Below, one piece after another: positions 1-8,855 of a stretch of 64,000 nucleotides of DNA. A program made the position numbers and the translations under genes. The notes below the pieces were generated by a model. It was not told where the DNA came from. It saw nothing but the letters and a program-made list of their open reading frames with translations, and did not search any database. Within the stretch, counting starts at the first letter, position 1, and each line of letters begins with the position of its first letter. The DNA is from an uncultured bacterium (GTDB taxonomy: Bacteria; Desulfobacterota_D; UBA1144; Nemesobacterales; UBA2774), in contig CAWGRW010000009.1 in assembly GCA_963825135.1 (NCBI GenBank), forward strand, positions 2,091,301 to 2,155,300. Direction: 5' to 3'.

Positions 1-401
1 TCTATGTCGCTTACTACTATTGCTATGTGCTGAAACCAGAGGTCGTTGCTCCTTGTATCACGGGGGAAGGGTTTACCTTCCGGGGTTAGGTACTCGGTCA
101 GTTCGATCGTTTCGTCCCCGAGCTGCATGTGTACGACCCTGATCCTGAGCCCGAATACCCCGAGTAAATGCTCATACTCGTCACCGTATACCTCGGTGTC
201 GGAAACCTTTTTAAAATTGAGGACTTTGGAATAAAAATCTACGGACCTGTCCATGTCCGAAACCGTCATGCCGACGGCGTCTACCGCGTGCACGGAGGCT
301 TTATCTTCAGAGTAGGCGGCCGTCAGCCAGGCTAAAGAAATGATGATTATAGCAAGGCATGTCAGAACTTGTCTTCCGGTTTTCAGAGAGACTGCTTTCA
401 T
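1..401 (-). CDS. VOC (glyoxalase/bleomycin-resistance/dioxygenase) family protein, exported; 3' end runs off the window
   Basis: Hand translation of the minus strand from ATG at 399-401. MKAVSLKTGRQVLTCLAIIIISLAWLTAAYS is signal-like, followed by VHAVDAVGMTVSDMDRSVDFYSKVLNFKKV...IELTEYLTPEGKPFP...HIAIVVSD, a typical VOC N-terminal module. Absent from the ORF track because there is no stop in the window. Confidence 0.6.
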   Translation of the reverse strand, partial: MKAVSLKTGRQVLTCLAIIIISLAWLTAAYSEDKASVHAVDAVGMTVSDMDRSVDFYSKVLNFKKVSDTEVYGDEYEHLLGVFGLRIRVVHMQLGDETIELTEYLTPEGKPFPRDTRSNDLWFQHIAIVVSDI

Positions 402-458
402 AAGATTCCCGTCCTCGTGCTCGTTTGCAGTTTATGGTTCATTGTCTTTTCCGGTTTC

Positions 459-2009
459 TCACGCGAGTCTTTCGAGCAGATGATCCCCGACGCGCAGGGC
501 GTTCGCCATTATCGTGAGGGCCGGGTTAACAGCGCCGCAGGAGGGGAAGAAACTCGCATCGACGACGTAGAGGTTATCGAGGTCGTGCGCCTTGCAGTTC
601 ACGTCGAGGGCCGAAGAAGCCGGGTCTTTCCCGAAGCGTATGGTCCCGTTCTGGTGAGCGACCCCCGCGAGAGGTATCTGCTGACCTATGAAGAGGTTCC
701 TCGGGATGAGATGCTCCTCGTGGCACCCGATCGCGTTCATTAGGCCCTTGAGCCTGGCGATTAAACGTTTGTGCGGCTCCTGGTTGTTGGGCGTATAAGA
801 GAGAACGATCTTCCCGTTCGAGTCGAGCGTGACCCTGTTATTCGGATCGGGCAGGTCCTCGGACGTTATCCAGAAATCGAGCGAATGCTTGGCCATGATA
901 TCGAGGGTCATTCCTGGAACGATAGCCGGGGCTCCTGCTGAAAGCGTCGCCGCGTCCAGCTTTCCGACGAACGATATGTGGCCCATCGGGAATTCGTAAT
1001 CGTCCGAGCCGAAATAAAAATCGTTGAGGGCAAGTGTTTTCTGGAATATTGTCGGATTGGGCTTTTTGGACAAAGCCATGACTATGGAATTCACGTGTCC
1101 CATGTAGTGTCTTCCGACGGTGTCGGAGTTGTTCGCCAGTCCGCGCGGGTGTCTGTCGTTTGCCGACCTGAGGAGAAGCGCCGCCGAGTTTATCGCGCCG
1201 CATGATACCACGACCATTTTCGCCGTATATTCCTCGGTGTTTCCGTTCCTCTCGACTATTACCTTCGAGACCTCGCGTCCGGAGGGACTCGTCTCTAAGC
1301 GTGCTACGTATGAGTTCGTAAGGAGTGTCACGTTTTCATGTTCGAGCGCGGGGTCCACGCAGAGCACCTGAGCGTCTGATTTCGCGTTTACCAGGCACGG
1401 ATGACCGTCGCAAGTGCTGCATCTTATACAGGGGCTCTTCCTGGGGTCGCTCTCGTCGAGCCTCACGCCCACCGGGACGTGGAACGGCTTTAATCCGCAC
1501 TTCTCCAGATCATCGTGAAGCTCCTGCATCCTCGGTTCGTGAGATACCGGAGGGTGGGGGTAGGGCGCGCTCGCCTCGGGTTCGGTCGGGTCTTCCCCGC
1601 GCTTTCCGTGCACATGATACAGGTTCTCCGCTTTTGTGTAATAGGGCTCCAGCTCTTCGTAAGAAATAGGCCACGCGGGAGACATGCCGTCTTTGTGCTG
1701 ATACTCTCCGAAGTCCTCTCTCCTAAGCCTGAAGAGCGCGGCTCCGTAGAATTTGGTGTTGCCCCCGACATAATAATTCGTATGCGGGTGGAGCGGCTTG
1801 CCGTCCTTGTCGTGCCAGATTTCTTTCGTCTGATACTTGCCCTGGACGTTCACGGCGCGGGTGTCCCAGTTGTCTTTTTCGCGGGGCACATAGTTGCCCC
1901 TTTCGAGGAGGAGTATTTTCTTGCCTGAAGGAGCGAGTGCGTAAGCCAGCGTGCCGCCCCCTGCCCCGGTCCCGATTATTATTACGTCGTAATGGTTCTC
2001 TGATGACAT
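459..2009 (-). CDS. GMC-family FAD-dependent oxidoreductase
   Basis: Rossmann motif DVIIIGTGAGGGTLAYALA and a GMC-type C-terminus (HQNGTIRFG...NLYVVDASFFPSCGAVNP). Internal Cys cluster CIRCSTCDGHPC. Start trimmed from 2081 to ATG 2009, which has GGAGG 8 nt upstream. Confidence 0.85.
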   Translation of the reverse strand: MSSENHYDVIIIGTGAGGGTLAYALAPSGKKILLLERGNYVPREKDNWDTRAVNVQGKYQTKEIWHDKDGKPLHPHTNYYVGGNTKFYGAALFRLRREDFGEYQHKDGMSPAWPISYEELEPYYTKAENLYHVHGKRGEDPTEPEASAPYPHPPVSHEPRMQELHDDLEKCGLKPFHVPVGVRLDESDPRKSPCIRCSTCDGHPCLVNAKSDAQVLCVDPALEHENVTLLTNSYVARLETSPSGREVSKVIVERNGNTEEYTAKMVVVSCGAINSAALLLRSANDRHPRGLANNSDTVGRHYMGHVNSIVMALSKKPNPTIFQKTLALNDFYFGSDDYEFPMGHISFVGKLDAATLSAGAPAIVPGMTLDIMAKHSLDFWITSEDLPDPNNRVTLDSNGKIVLSYTPNNQEPHKRLIARLKGLMNAIGCHEEHLIPRNLFIGQQIPLAGVAHQNGTIRFGKDPASSALDVNCKAHDLDNLYVVDASFFPSCGAVNPALTIMANALRVGDHLLERLA

Positions 2010-2023
2010 TGTTATGGCCTCCG

Positions 2024-2866
2024 TTATTTGGATGCTGCTAGTGGAGCCGTACCGAAGTTGACGCCGAACCGTTCGCACCATATCGTCACTGAATGGTAGT
2101 CTGCAAGATTTATATCGGACGGTATCTCGTAGTTCTGGTCTCCGACGTTGCCCTTGAGCGGCCCAAGCTCCAGATAGCCGGCTTTGGTGACCGTGTCGTT
2201 ATCGTTCGCATCCTGAGCAGCGCCCAGGAATATGTGCACGTCGGGGCCGTTCGACGTCTCGAAGTCCGTGAGCCTGAGCACGCGCTTCCCGTCGGGGAGC
2301 TCGAATATCGCTGCCGTCCCTTTGGTCTCGTGCGCCACTCCATGGAAGCTGCCCTCGGATATACTTACCGGTCCGGAATTCGCGGCCGGAGCCGTTTTAA
2401 GAGGAGCGGTTCCGAAATTGACGCCGAATCGTTCGCACCAGATCGTCACGGAATTATATTTGCCCAGATCGGTGCCAGGAGGTATCTCGTAGTTCTGGTC
2501 TCCGACGTTGCCCTTGAGCGGCCCAAGCTCCAGATAGCCGGCTTTGGTGACCGTGTCGTTATCGTTCGCATCCTGAGCAGCGCCCAGGAATATGTGCACG
2601 TCGGGGCCGTTCGATGTCTCGAAGTCCGTGAGCCTGAGCACGCGCTTCCCGTCGGGGAGCTCGAATATCGCTGCCGTCCCTTTGGTCTCGTGCGCCACTC
2701 CGTGGAAGCTTCCTGCTTTTATCGTGCTGGTTGAATCGGCGTGCTCAGTGGAAGCGCCCGGCAGACCTTCGTTCACGCTCTTGTTGATAAACAGCTTCTC
2801 GGGCCTGAAAAGATACCAGGCTATCAGAATTACGATTATTCCCAATACTATAATAACTTTTCTCAT
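2024..2866 (-). CDS. Membrane-anchored protein with two tandem DM13 domains
   Basis: N-terminal TM helix MRKVIIVLGIIVILIAWYLF. Two copies follow of GSFHGVAHETKGTAAIFELPDGKRVLRLTDFETSNGPDVHIFLG...VTIWCERFGVNFGTAPL, the DM13 pattern. Start set at ATG 2866, with GGAGG about 10 nt upstream. Stop is 14 nt before the GMC gene start. Confidence 0.7.
   Translation of the reverse strand: MRKVIIVLGIIVILIAWYLFRPEKLFINKSVNEGLPGASTEHADSTSTIKAGSFHGVAHETKGTAAIFELPDGKRVLRLTDFETSNGPDVHIFLGAAQDANDNDTVTKAGYLELGPLKGNVGDQNYEIPPGTDLGKYNSVTIWCERFGVNFGTAPLKTAPAANSGPVSISEGSFHGVAHETKGTAAIFELPDGKRVLRLTDFETSNGPDVHIFLGAAQDANDNDTVTKAGYLELGPLKGNVGDQNYEIPSDINLADYHSVTIWCERFGVNFGTAPLAASK
2121..2710. repeat. Intragenic tandem duplication, 360-bp period, inside the DM13 gene
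   Basis: Positions 2121-2350 and 2481-2710 are identical by direct comparison except at 2255/2615 and 2342/2702. The remainder of each 360-bp unit is clearly more diverged. Confidence 0.9.
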
Positions 2867-3186
2867 CTCAGTGAAGCCTCCGTTTAATTTTGTAAGAGGC
2901 ATAAGCTGCTCATTGCCCATGCCGTACTTCGGATTTGGTACGTTAGACGCATGAACCTAATCGAGGGATTTATGGGTGTGTTAAGGCCGGATTAATGTTG
3001 ATAAAGGAGAAATCAACTAACCATGATTATTTGGGTCCGGACCGAGGGGCCTAAAGCCAGCCTATCTCGTATTTAGCGTGATTCTATTGAGGGGGACACG
3101 CCTGTCTTTAAAATGCCGGGGAGCGCCCCATCCGGGGAGAATATGTAAGCTACAGGGTCAGGCCCCCGGTTGAGTGTTAATAGAAA

Positions 3187-3227
3187 GGCTGCTGCATATG
3201 CCATTATAATGATCGTGTGCAGCAGCC
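3187..3227 (-). terminator. Possible terminator hairpin downstream of msrB
   Basis: Perfect 10-bp inverted repeat: ggctgctgca (3187-3196) and tgcagcagcc (3218-3227). On the minus strand it is followed by tttctatt. The loop is long (21 nt), so the call is weak. Confidence 0.3.
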
Positions 3228-3269
3228 GGATTGCCAGTTTACATGACTATATTTTATGTGTCTGCAAGA

Positions 3270-3884
3270 CTATTCGAATAAAACAACGAATTCTGCATAG
3301 CCGTTTTTTTTGAGATCTTCTTTAGGTATGAATCGGAGCGACGCCGAGTTGATGCAGTACCTCAGGCCTGTCGGGGGAGGGCCGTCGTCGAAGACATGGC
3401 CGAGATGCGAATCGGCCGCCTTGCTCCTCACTTCAAATCTCGTGATTATGAGACTGTTATCCTTAACTTCGACGAAATTTTCCGGAACGAGGGGTTTCGT
3501 GAAGCTAGGCCAGCCCGTGCCGGAATCGAATTTGTCTTTCGAGCTGAATAGCGGCTCGCCCGAGACTATGTCTACGTATATACCGTCTTTATGGTTGTCC
3601 CAGTATTCGTTGTTGAAAGGCTTTTCAGTCCCGTTTTCCTGTGTGACTTTATACTGTATCGGGGTGAGCTCCTTTTTGAGCTCGTCTTTGGAGGGTTTAA
3701 CGAACCCACCGCTCTCCTGACCCGTATTGACCGCCTGTCCGTTGCCGGCTTTATCTGTTCCGCTATCGCTCGCCGAGCTTGCCGGGGTGGTCTCGGCCCT
3801 CATCATCATGTCCATGTCGAGCCAGTTCAATGCAACAAAAATGGCAATAACGGCTGTAACTACAATAAGCGTAGTTTTAATCAT
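3270..3884 (-). CDS. msrB: Peptide-methionine (R)-S-oxide reductase MsrB with N-terminal membrane anchor and low-complexity linker
   Basis: Motifs [15 protein letters not shown] and RYCINS. N-terminus [19 protein letters not shown] is a TM helix. GGAGAGGG lies upstream of the ATG. Confidence 0.9.
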   Translation of the reverse strand: MIKTTLIVVTAVIAIFVALNWLDMDMMMRAETTPASSASDSGTDKAGNGQAVNTGQESGGFVKPSKDELKKELTPIQYKVTQENGTEKPFNNEYWDNHKDGIYVDIVSGEPLFSSKDKFDSGTGWPSFTKPLVPENFVEVKDNSLIITRFEVRSKAADSHLGHVFDDGPPPTGLRYCINSASLRFIPKEDLKKNGYAEFVVLFE

Positions 3885-3996
3885 GTTTTGTCCCTCTCCA
3901 TATTGATTTGTACATCTTATCCATAGTATACGGAACCCGGGCGCTTTTGGATTTCTCTTTTTTGCCGGGATGCCTCGAAATCCCTCAAGTTAATCT

Positions 3997-4629
3997 TTAT
4001 CTCTGTGTTTCTCGCGGCGTCAGCCTCCCCGTGAGCGTATAAAACGGAAGCAGGAGCGCGTAGACGATCAGGAGTATCTCGATACTCCAGAAGCACAACA
4101 GCATTGTGATCGTCGCTATTATCGGTATGATGAGAAACCTGAACCGGACCGAATCCGCGTACTCGCGGGTTACAAAATCAGCGATAAGGTCGGGCTTAGA
4201 GCTCGCGTAAACCCACTGAAAATAAAGCGTCCAGCCTATGAGCGTGAGGTTAGCGCCGAAGAATAACGGGGCTATCTGTGTCTGGCCGAACGAGTTTATG
4301 AGGCTCGTGGAGAAAGGCAGCAGGGAGACGAACATAAAGAATAGTATGTTGAGCCAGAGCAGCACCCGGTCCGAATGCTTTATCGAATGGTACATGTAGT
4401 GATGCGCCACCCAGTAGATTCCGAGTCCGATGAAGCTCACTATATAAGAAAGGAACTTGGGCCACATATTGAAGAGCGCCGGGGCAAGCTGAACGTTAGA
4501 CGCGTGCTGGGGAAGATCCGATGTCTTGAGCTCGAATATGAGGAGCGTCATCACGATCGCGAATATGCCGTCGCTCAGCGCCTCGATTCTGTTCTTGCCT
4601 AATTCAAAGGGTTTGGCCCGGGTATCCAT
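3997..4629 (-). CDS. TMEM175/DUF1211-family potassium channel homologue
   Basis: RIEALSDGIFAIVMTLLIFEL matches the TM1 RxxxFSD-type signature. About 6 hydrophobic helices over 210 aa. GGGAGGAG RBS. Confidence 0.7.
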   Translation of the reverse strand: MDTRAKPFELGKNRIEALSDGIFAIVMTLLIFELKTSDLPQHASNVQLAPALFNMWPKFLSYIVSFIGLGIYWVAHHYMYHSIKHSDRVLLWLNILFFMFVSLLPFSTSLINSFGQTQIAPLFFGANLTLIGWTLYFQWVYASSKPDLIADFVTREYADSVRFRFLIIPIIATITMLLCFWSIEILLIVYALLLPFYTLTGRLTPRETQR

Positions 4630-4709
4630 GGGTGTTACTCCTCCCTGTTAACAAGCGCTTCCCAGCGCATAGATATCGTTGTTTCCCTGCTGTGCCTGAT
4701 TGGCCTGGG

Positions 4710-5714
4710 CTAGGCTGTTTTGCGGGCGAGGTCTTCGTACCTGATATTCCAGTCCGCCTGCATGCCTATGTTTTTCAGTGTCGATAGCACGCGTCCCGGT
4801 TCACCGAGATCGCTCCATTGTACGTCCTTCACGGCAAGGACCATGAGGTTGTCGGTGGATATCTCGAGCACTCTCTGTGAGAAATTGGCCTGGGTAATTT
4901 TTTCGTAGATATAATCCACTGCGTCGCTTTCCGAAGGGGTGCCTATCATATCGGACGACCTCACGAAATCGCGGTAGAGCACGGGGAGAGACCTGCTGAT
5001 CATGCCGAGGAAGGCAGATACCCTTCCCGTCATGACGAAACTATTCCAGAGACAGCCTCCTTGCAGCAGCTCGACGGCGGTTTTTTTGTCCGGCTTCTCC
5101 CAGAACCGTCTGACCCGTTTTGGAGCTGCCGGGGATTCGCTTGCGAGTCCGGTGCAGGGCTCGATCCATCCGTATTCCGTTTCGGCCGAGCTCGGGGTGA
5201 TCCCGAGCAGTACCACCATATCCTGATTGCGCTCTACGGCTTCGAAAGCCGTTTCGACCTGTCCCATGAACACCTCGTCATCGGACAGATAATGGTCCGA
5301 AGGGAAAAACGTGACGGACGCATCGGGGTCGACCCTGGCGATCCGGAGCAGGCTGTAGAGAATCGCGGGAGCTGTTCCCAGGTTCGCGGGTTGATCCACG
5401 ATCTGGTCGGGTTTGAATCTGTCGAAGAGGTAATTATAGAATCTTTCGTGGGTACGTGTGACGGACAGGAGTATATTACCGCTCTGTATGCGGGCCCTCA
5501 CCCGTTTAATCGTCCTCTCTAGAAGAGACTCTTCCCCCAGAATGGGACAGAATTGCTTCGGTCTCTCGTCTCCCGTTATCAGTTTCGTCATGGAGCGGAG
5601 CCGTGTACCGTCGCCGCCTGCCAGAATAATCCCCCACCTGTGGAGCTCGGATTCCTTTTTAATCTCCTTTCCGTCTTCGTCCCCGATCCTGTGAGTAGTC
5701 GGATGTTTTTTCAT
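4710..5714 (-). CDS. Sugar-phosphate nucleotidyltransferase (mannose-1-phosphate guanylyltransferase-like)
   Basis: WGIILAGGDGTRLRSMT pyrophosphorylase motif, then ERPKQFCPILG, FPSDHY and EYGWIE. Start chosen at MKKHPTT (5714). The ORF-track start at 5765 would overlap the upstream gene. Confidence 0.75.
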   Translation of the reverse strand: MKKHPTTHRIGDEDGKEIKKESELHRWGIILAGGDGTRLRSMTKLITGDERPKQFCPILGEESLLERTIKRVRARIQSGNILLSVTRTHERFYNYLFDRFKPDQIVDQPANLGTAPAILYSLLRIARVDPDASVTFFPSDHYLSDDEVFMGQVETAFEAVERNQDMVVLLGITPSSAETEYGWIEPCTGLASESPAAPKRVRRFWEKPDKKTAVELLQGGCLWNSFVMTGRVSAFLGMISRSLPVLYRDFVRSSDMIGTPSESDAVDYIYEKITQANFSQRVLEISTDNLMVLAVKDVQWSDLGEPGRVLSTLKNIGMQADWNIRYEDLARKTA

Positions 5715-5748
5715 GAGTGTGTCCTTGTGGTTCCGTTTCTTTTTTTGT

Positions 5749-7389
5749 CTAATTATAATGCGCATTCGCTCCCTGTATACCGAGGCGCATCATATATAAT
5801 CCGCTCTGGGCGCATAGAAAGAGCGTCTTTCCGTCTTCCCCGCCCCAGGCCATGTTGTGTACGTGCCTGGGAGCGATAATGGTCCCTATGTGCTTTCCGC
5901 CCGCTGAAATCACCCAGATACCGCCCGGGCCCGAGACATAGAGGTTCCCCCGGGAATCGACTTTTATACCGTCGATTGCGTCCTCACCCGGGGCTTCCGT
6001 CATATCGAAGAAGCGCTCCCCCTCCGATAACGTGCCGTCTTTTTTAACTTCATAGCGCATTACGACTTTGTTTTCCGGGTCCCAGTTCCCGACGTAGAGA
6101 TGCTTTTCATCGGGCGAGAATGCTATTCCGTTGGGCCCCTTCAACTCCTTATTCAATAAGACGATTTGACCGTCAGGAGATATCCGGTATACCCCGCTCC
6201 AGGGGATTTCTTTCCTGGGGTCGTTCTCGAACATCGGAAGTCCGAAGGGCGGGTCCGTGAAGTATAGGGAGCCGTCCGACTTGTAAACGAGGTCGTTGGG
6301 GCTGTTAAGCCTCTTGCCCTCGTAGCTGTCGGCAAGCACCGTGACTGCCCCGTCCTTCTCGATTCTCGAAACCCTGTGGTTTCCGTGCTCGTCGATTGTG
6401 AGTCTGCCTTCTTTATCGAGAGCGAGGCCGTTTGATCCGGGCTGCTTAAATTCGGCTATGTCGGAGCCTGAATACCCGCTCGGTTGACGGAATATGGAGA
6501 GCTCCCCGTCCTTCGAGATTTTATAGATAATATTGCTGTTGGGGTCGCTGAAGAGAAGGTATTCACCGTCGTTTACCCAGACCGGGCCCTCGGTGAATTT
6601 GAATCCTTCGGCGAGCTTGAATATCTTCGGGTTAGGCCCGGCTATAGCGTCCATAGCGGGATCGAGCCTTACTACCTCTACATTCACCTCTGAAGGCGTT
6701 ACCGCTATCGGCGCCTCGCTCCCCTCGTAGAACTCAAGCTTTGCCTCCCTCATCCATATGAAATTGGTCGGCGGGTTGGATATAGGTCCGTTAATGCCGA
6801 AGACCGCGAGCTGGATGGTATCTCCCGGCTTCACGTCTCGCCCTATTACAAGCCTGTTGGCTGCGTTCCATCCCGCTATAACGGAGCCGCCCGCCTGACC
6901 GAGGTACCGGGCGAGCTCGCCGTTTACCCAGACCTCTGCGTAGTCGTCAATCGCGGTCTCGAATACGACTGTCGAACCTTCGGTAGCGAAACCGCCGACG
7001 CTTTCAGGGATCGTTACCCTGATCCGGTACCAGTTGAAGCATATCCTGCCCGTCGAACGGCGCTGGCTCAGGGTCTCGGGCGCGATCTTTTCCCATTTCG
7101 AGTCGTCGTAATCGGCGCCGCCCGCTTTTGGCGTGTAGTCATATGTTTTGACGGGGGCCCCCGTGGGCTGATTGTCGGTCCCCGGGCCCTTGAAATCGAC
7201 TTCGGTTATCTTGACGTCGCTGTAGAGCCACTGCCCTTTTACCTCCTCTGCCCCCTCCGAAGTAGCGAGATCGATGACGGCGGCGGGCTTCCCGTTCGGA
7301 ACGTCAACAGGCTCGACACTGCGGGCGACGAGCGCAGATATGATGGATAAAAGAAATACGGCCGTGTATATGATGGATTCGAGTATCAT
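5749..7389 (-). CDS. SMP-30/gluconolactonase/LRE-family protein with N-terminal anchor and galactose-binding-like domain
   Basis: The C-terminal half (FTEGPVWVNDGEYLLFSDPNSNIIYK...NGLALDKEGRL...PNDLVYKSDGSLYFTDP...PNGIAFSPDEKHLYV) is a typical lactonase beta-propeller. ATGA start/stop overlap with the upstream GlcG gene at 7386-7389. Confidence 0.8.
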   Translation of the reverse strand: MILESIIYTAVFLLSIISALVARSVEPVDVPNGKPAAVIDLATSEGAEEVKGQWLYSDVKITEVDFKGPGTDNQPTGAPVKTYDYTPKAGGADYDDSKWEKIAPETLSQRRSTGRICFNWYRIRVTIPESVGGFATEGSTVVFETAIDDYAEVWVNGELARYLGQAGGSVIAGWNAANRLVIGRDVKPGDTIQLAVFGINGPISNPPTNFIWMREAKLEFYEGSEAPIAVTPSEVNVEVVRLDPAMDAIAGPNPKIFKLAEGFKFTEGPVWVNDGEYLLFSDPNSNIIYKISKDGELSIFRQPSGYSGSDIAEFKQPGSNGLALDKEGRLTIDEHGNHRVSRIEKDGAVTVLADSYEGKRLNSPNDLVYKSDGSLYFTDPPFGLPMFENDPRKEIPWSGVYRISPDGQIVLLNKELKGPNGIAFSPDEKHLYVGNWDPENKVVMRYEVKKDGTLSEGERFFDMTEAPGEDAIDGIKVDSRGNLYVSGPGGIWVISAGGKHIGTIIAPRHVHNMAWGGEDGKTLFLCAQSGLYMMRLGIQGANAHYN

Positions 7390-7883
7390 TGTTTCTCTCC
7401 TGGATTTTCGGTCTCGCTTACCGCCGATGCTCCGACTATTGCGATATCTTCGTCTTCCTGCGGGGTGTTTCCGCTGACGCCGATTGCGCCCGCCACCTTG
7501 CCGCTAATGATGATCGGTATCCCTCCCTGGAGAGGCGTCGCACCCGGAAGCGCGAGCGCCGCAACCCGGCCCTCGCGAATCTGGTCCTCGAATACCTTGC
7601 TCGGCCGCCTGAATATGGCGGCTGTGCGCGCCTTACCTATCCCCACTTCGACGCTCGCCACCTGAGTATCGTCCAGGCGCTCGAGGAGTATCAGATGCCC
7701 GCCGTCGTCGACGACCGCTATCACCACTGTCGCGCCTCTCCTGGCCGCTTCCTTCTCCGCGGCCTCGACCGCTTTCTTCGCTGCTCCCAGGGTGAGGATC
7801 GGTTTTACTGGAGTCTCGGCTTCGGCCGCGAGCACAGCGGGTATCGTCAGAATTAATAGAAGAGTGGATATTATTTTTTTCAT
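7386..7883 (-). CDS. GlcG/HbpS-like (DUF336) protein, exported
   Basis: Signal peptide MKKIISTLLLILTIPAVLA. Core GATVVIAVVDDGGHLILLERLDD...GIGKARTAAIF...LQGGIPIIISGKVAGAIGVSG. Confidence 0.8.
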   Translation of the reverse strand: MKKIISTLLLILTIPAVLAAEAETPVKPILTLGAAKKAVEAAEKEAARRGATVVIAVVDDGGHLILLERLDDTQVASVEVGIGKARTAAIFRRPSKVFEDQIREGRVAALALPGATPLQGGIPIIISGKVAGAIGVSGNTPQEDEDIAIVGASAVSETENPGEKQ

Positions 7884-7901
7884 TTTCGCTCTCTCCCCGA
7901 C

Positions 7902-8762
7902 CTAACCAACCTTGACTACGTAATAGAGGAGCGGACCGTTCACTGTCTTAAACCAGTGAGGGACGCCGGCCGGCACGATGATCACGTCACCGGGCTTGAT
8001 CTCGCGCGGCTCACCCCCTGAGATCTCTTTCCCTCGTATCTCATCGGGCGCAATTGACTTGCCTTCGACGACTGTCCCTTCCGTCACGAACATGGCGGAC
8101 CCTTCGAGGACATAGATGATGTCCGTATCTTTGGTATGGACCTCCGCGACGCCCGGCTCGGTTCTGCGGCTCGCATGTACTTTGTAGCCGGCCGTCTCTG
8201 TGAGCGGCATGCCCTTGGCGAATGCAGCCTTGACCTCACTATTGTCGAAGTAAGTGACGGGAGCGGTGCTCATCTCTGCGGATGAACCGTTCATTAGCGC
8301 GCCGGCCCCTGCGAGCGCGAGCTCTTCGTCCTGCTGTGCGCTGGATGCACCGCTCACTCCGACGGCTCCCACAATCTCCCCGTTGATCGTTATCGGCACC
8401 CCGCCCTGGAGGGGGGTGAAGTCCTGAAGGGCGACCATGCTGGTGCGCCCGTTCTTGATTACGTCTTCAAAAAACTTGGTCGGCTTCTTAAAAAGAGCGG
8501 CCGTCCTCGCCTTTCCGATGGAAATATTCGCGCCTGCCGCAAACGTCCCGTCGATACGCTCAAGCGCCATCAGGTTTCCGCCGTCGTCCACGACCGCTAC
8601 TACCGCGCCCGGAGCGTTCAGTCTTTTTGCCTCGGCCATGGCCGCTGCGATCACGATATCGGCGCCCTCGAGCGTGAGTGATTTCTTCTCCGCCACCTGC
8701 GCCTCCGCTGACACGGCGCACGTAAAAAGCAGTATTGCCAAAACCAGTTCGATAATCTTCAT
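7902..8762 (-). CDS. Exported GlcG/DUF336 domain fused to a C-terminal cupin domain
   Basis: N-terminal half: GAVVAVVDDGGNLMALERIDG...GKARTAALF...LQGGVPITINGEIVGAVGVSG. C-terminal half: HTKDTDIIYVLEGSAMFV...PGDVIIVPAGVPHWF, a cupin pattern. Start set at MKII (8762), with GGGAGGG upstream. Confidence 0.75.
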   Translation of the reverse strand: MKIIELVLAILLFTCAVSAEAQVAEKKSLTLEGADIVIAAAMAEAKRLNAPGAVVAVVDDGGNLMALERIDGTFAAGANISIGKARTAALFKKPTKFFEDVIKNGRTSMVALQDFTPLQGGVPITINGEIVGAVGVSGASSAQQDEELALAGAGALMNGSSAEMSTAPVTYFDNSEVKAAFAKGMPLTETAGYKVHASRRTEPGVAEVHTKDTDIIYVLEGSAMFVTEGTVVEGKSIAPDEIRGKEISGGEPREIKPGDVIIVPAGVPHWFKTVNGPLLYYVVKVG

Positions 8763-8855
8763 TATTAATCCCTCCCGGAATTTATCTGACTCTGAACGGC
8801 CGGCTTGTCTCTCGATATGAAACACGGCCGGCCGTCACATGATTTGATTCACTGT

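Noticed and set aside
46-234. 62-aa plus-strand ORF at the window start
   Set aside because: It lies antisense within the VOC-family gene reading frame, which has clear family motifs.
3034-3043. Perfect 10-bp palindrome ggtccggacc in the 350-bp gap between msrB and the DM13 gene
   Set aside because: 5-bp-arm palindromes are expected dozens of times by chance in this window. There is no supporting context.
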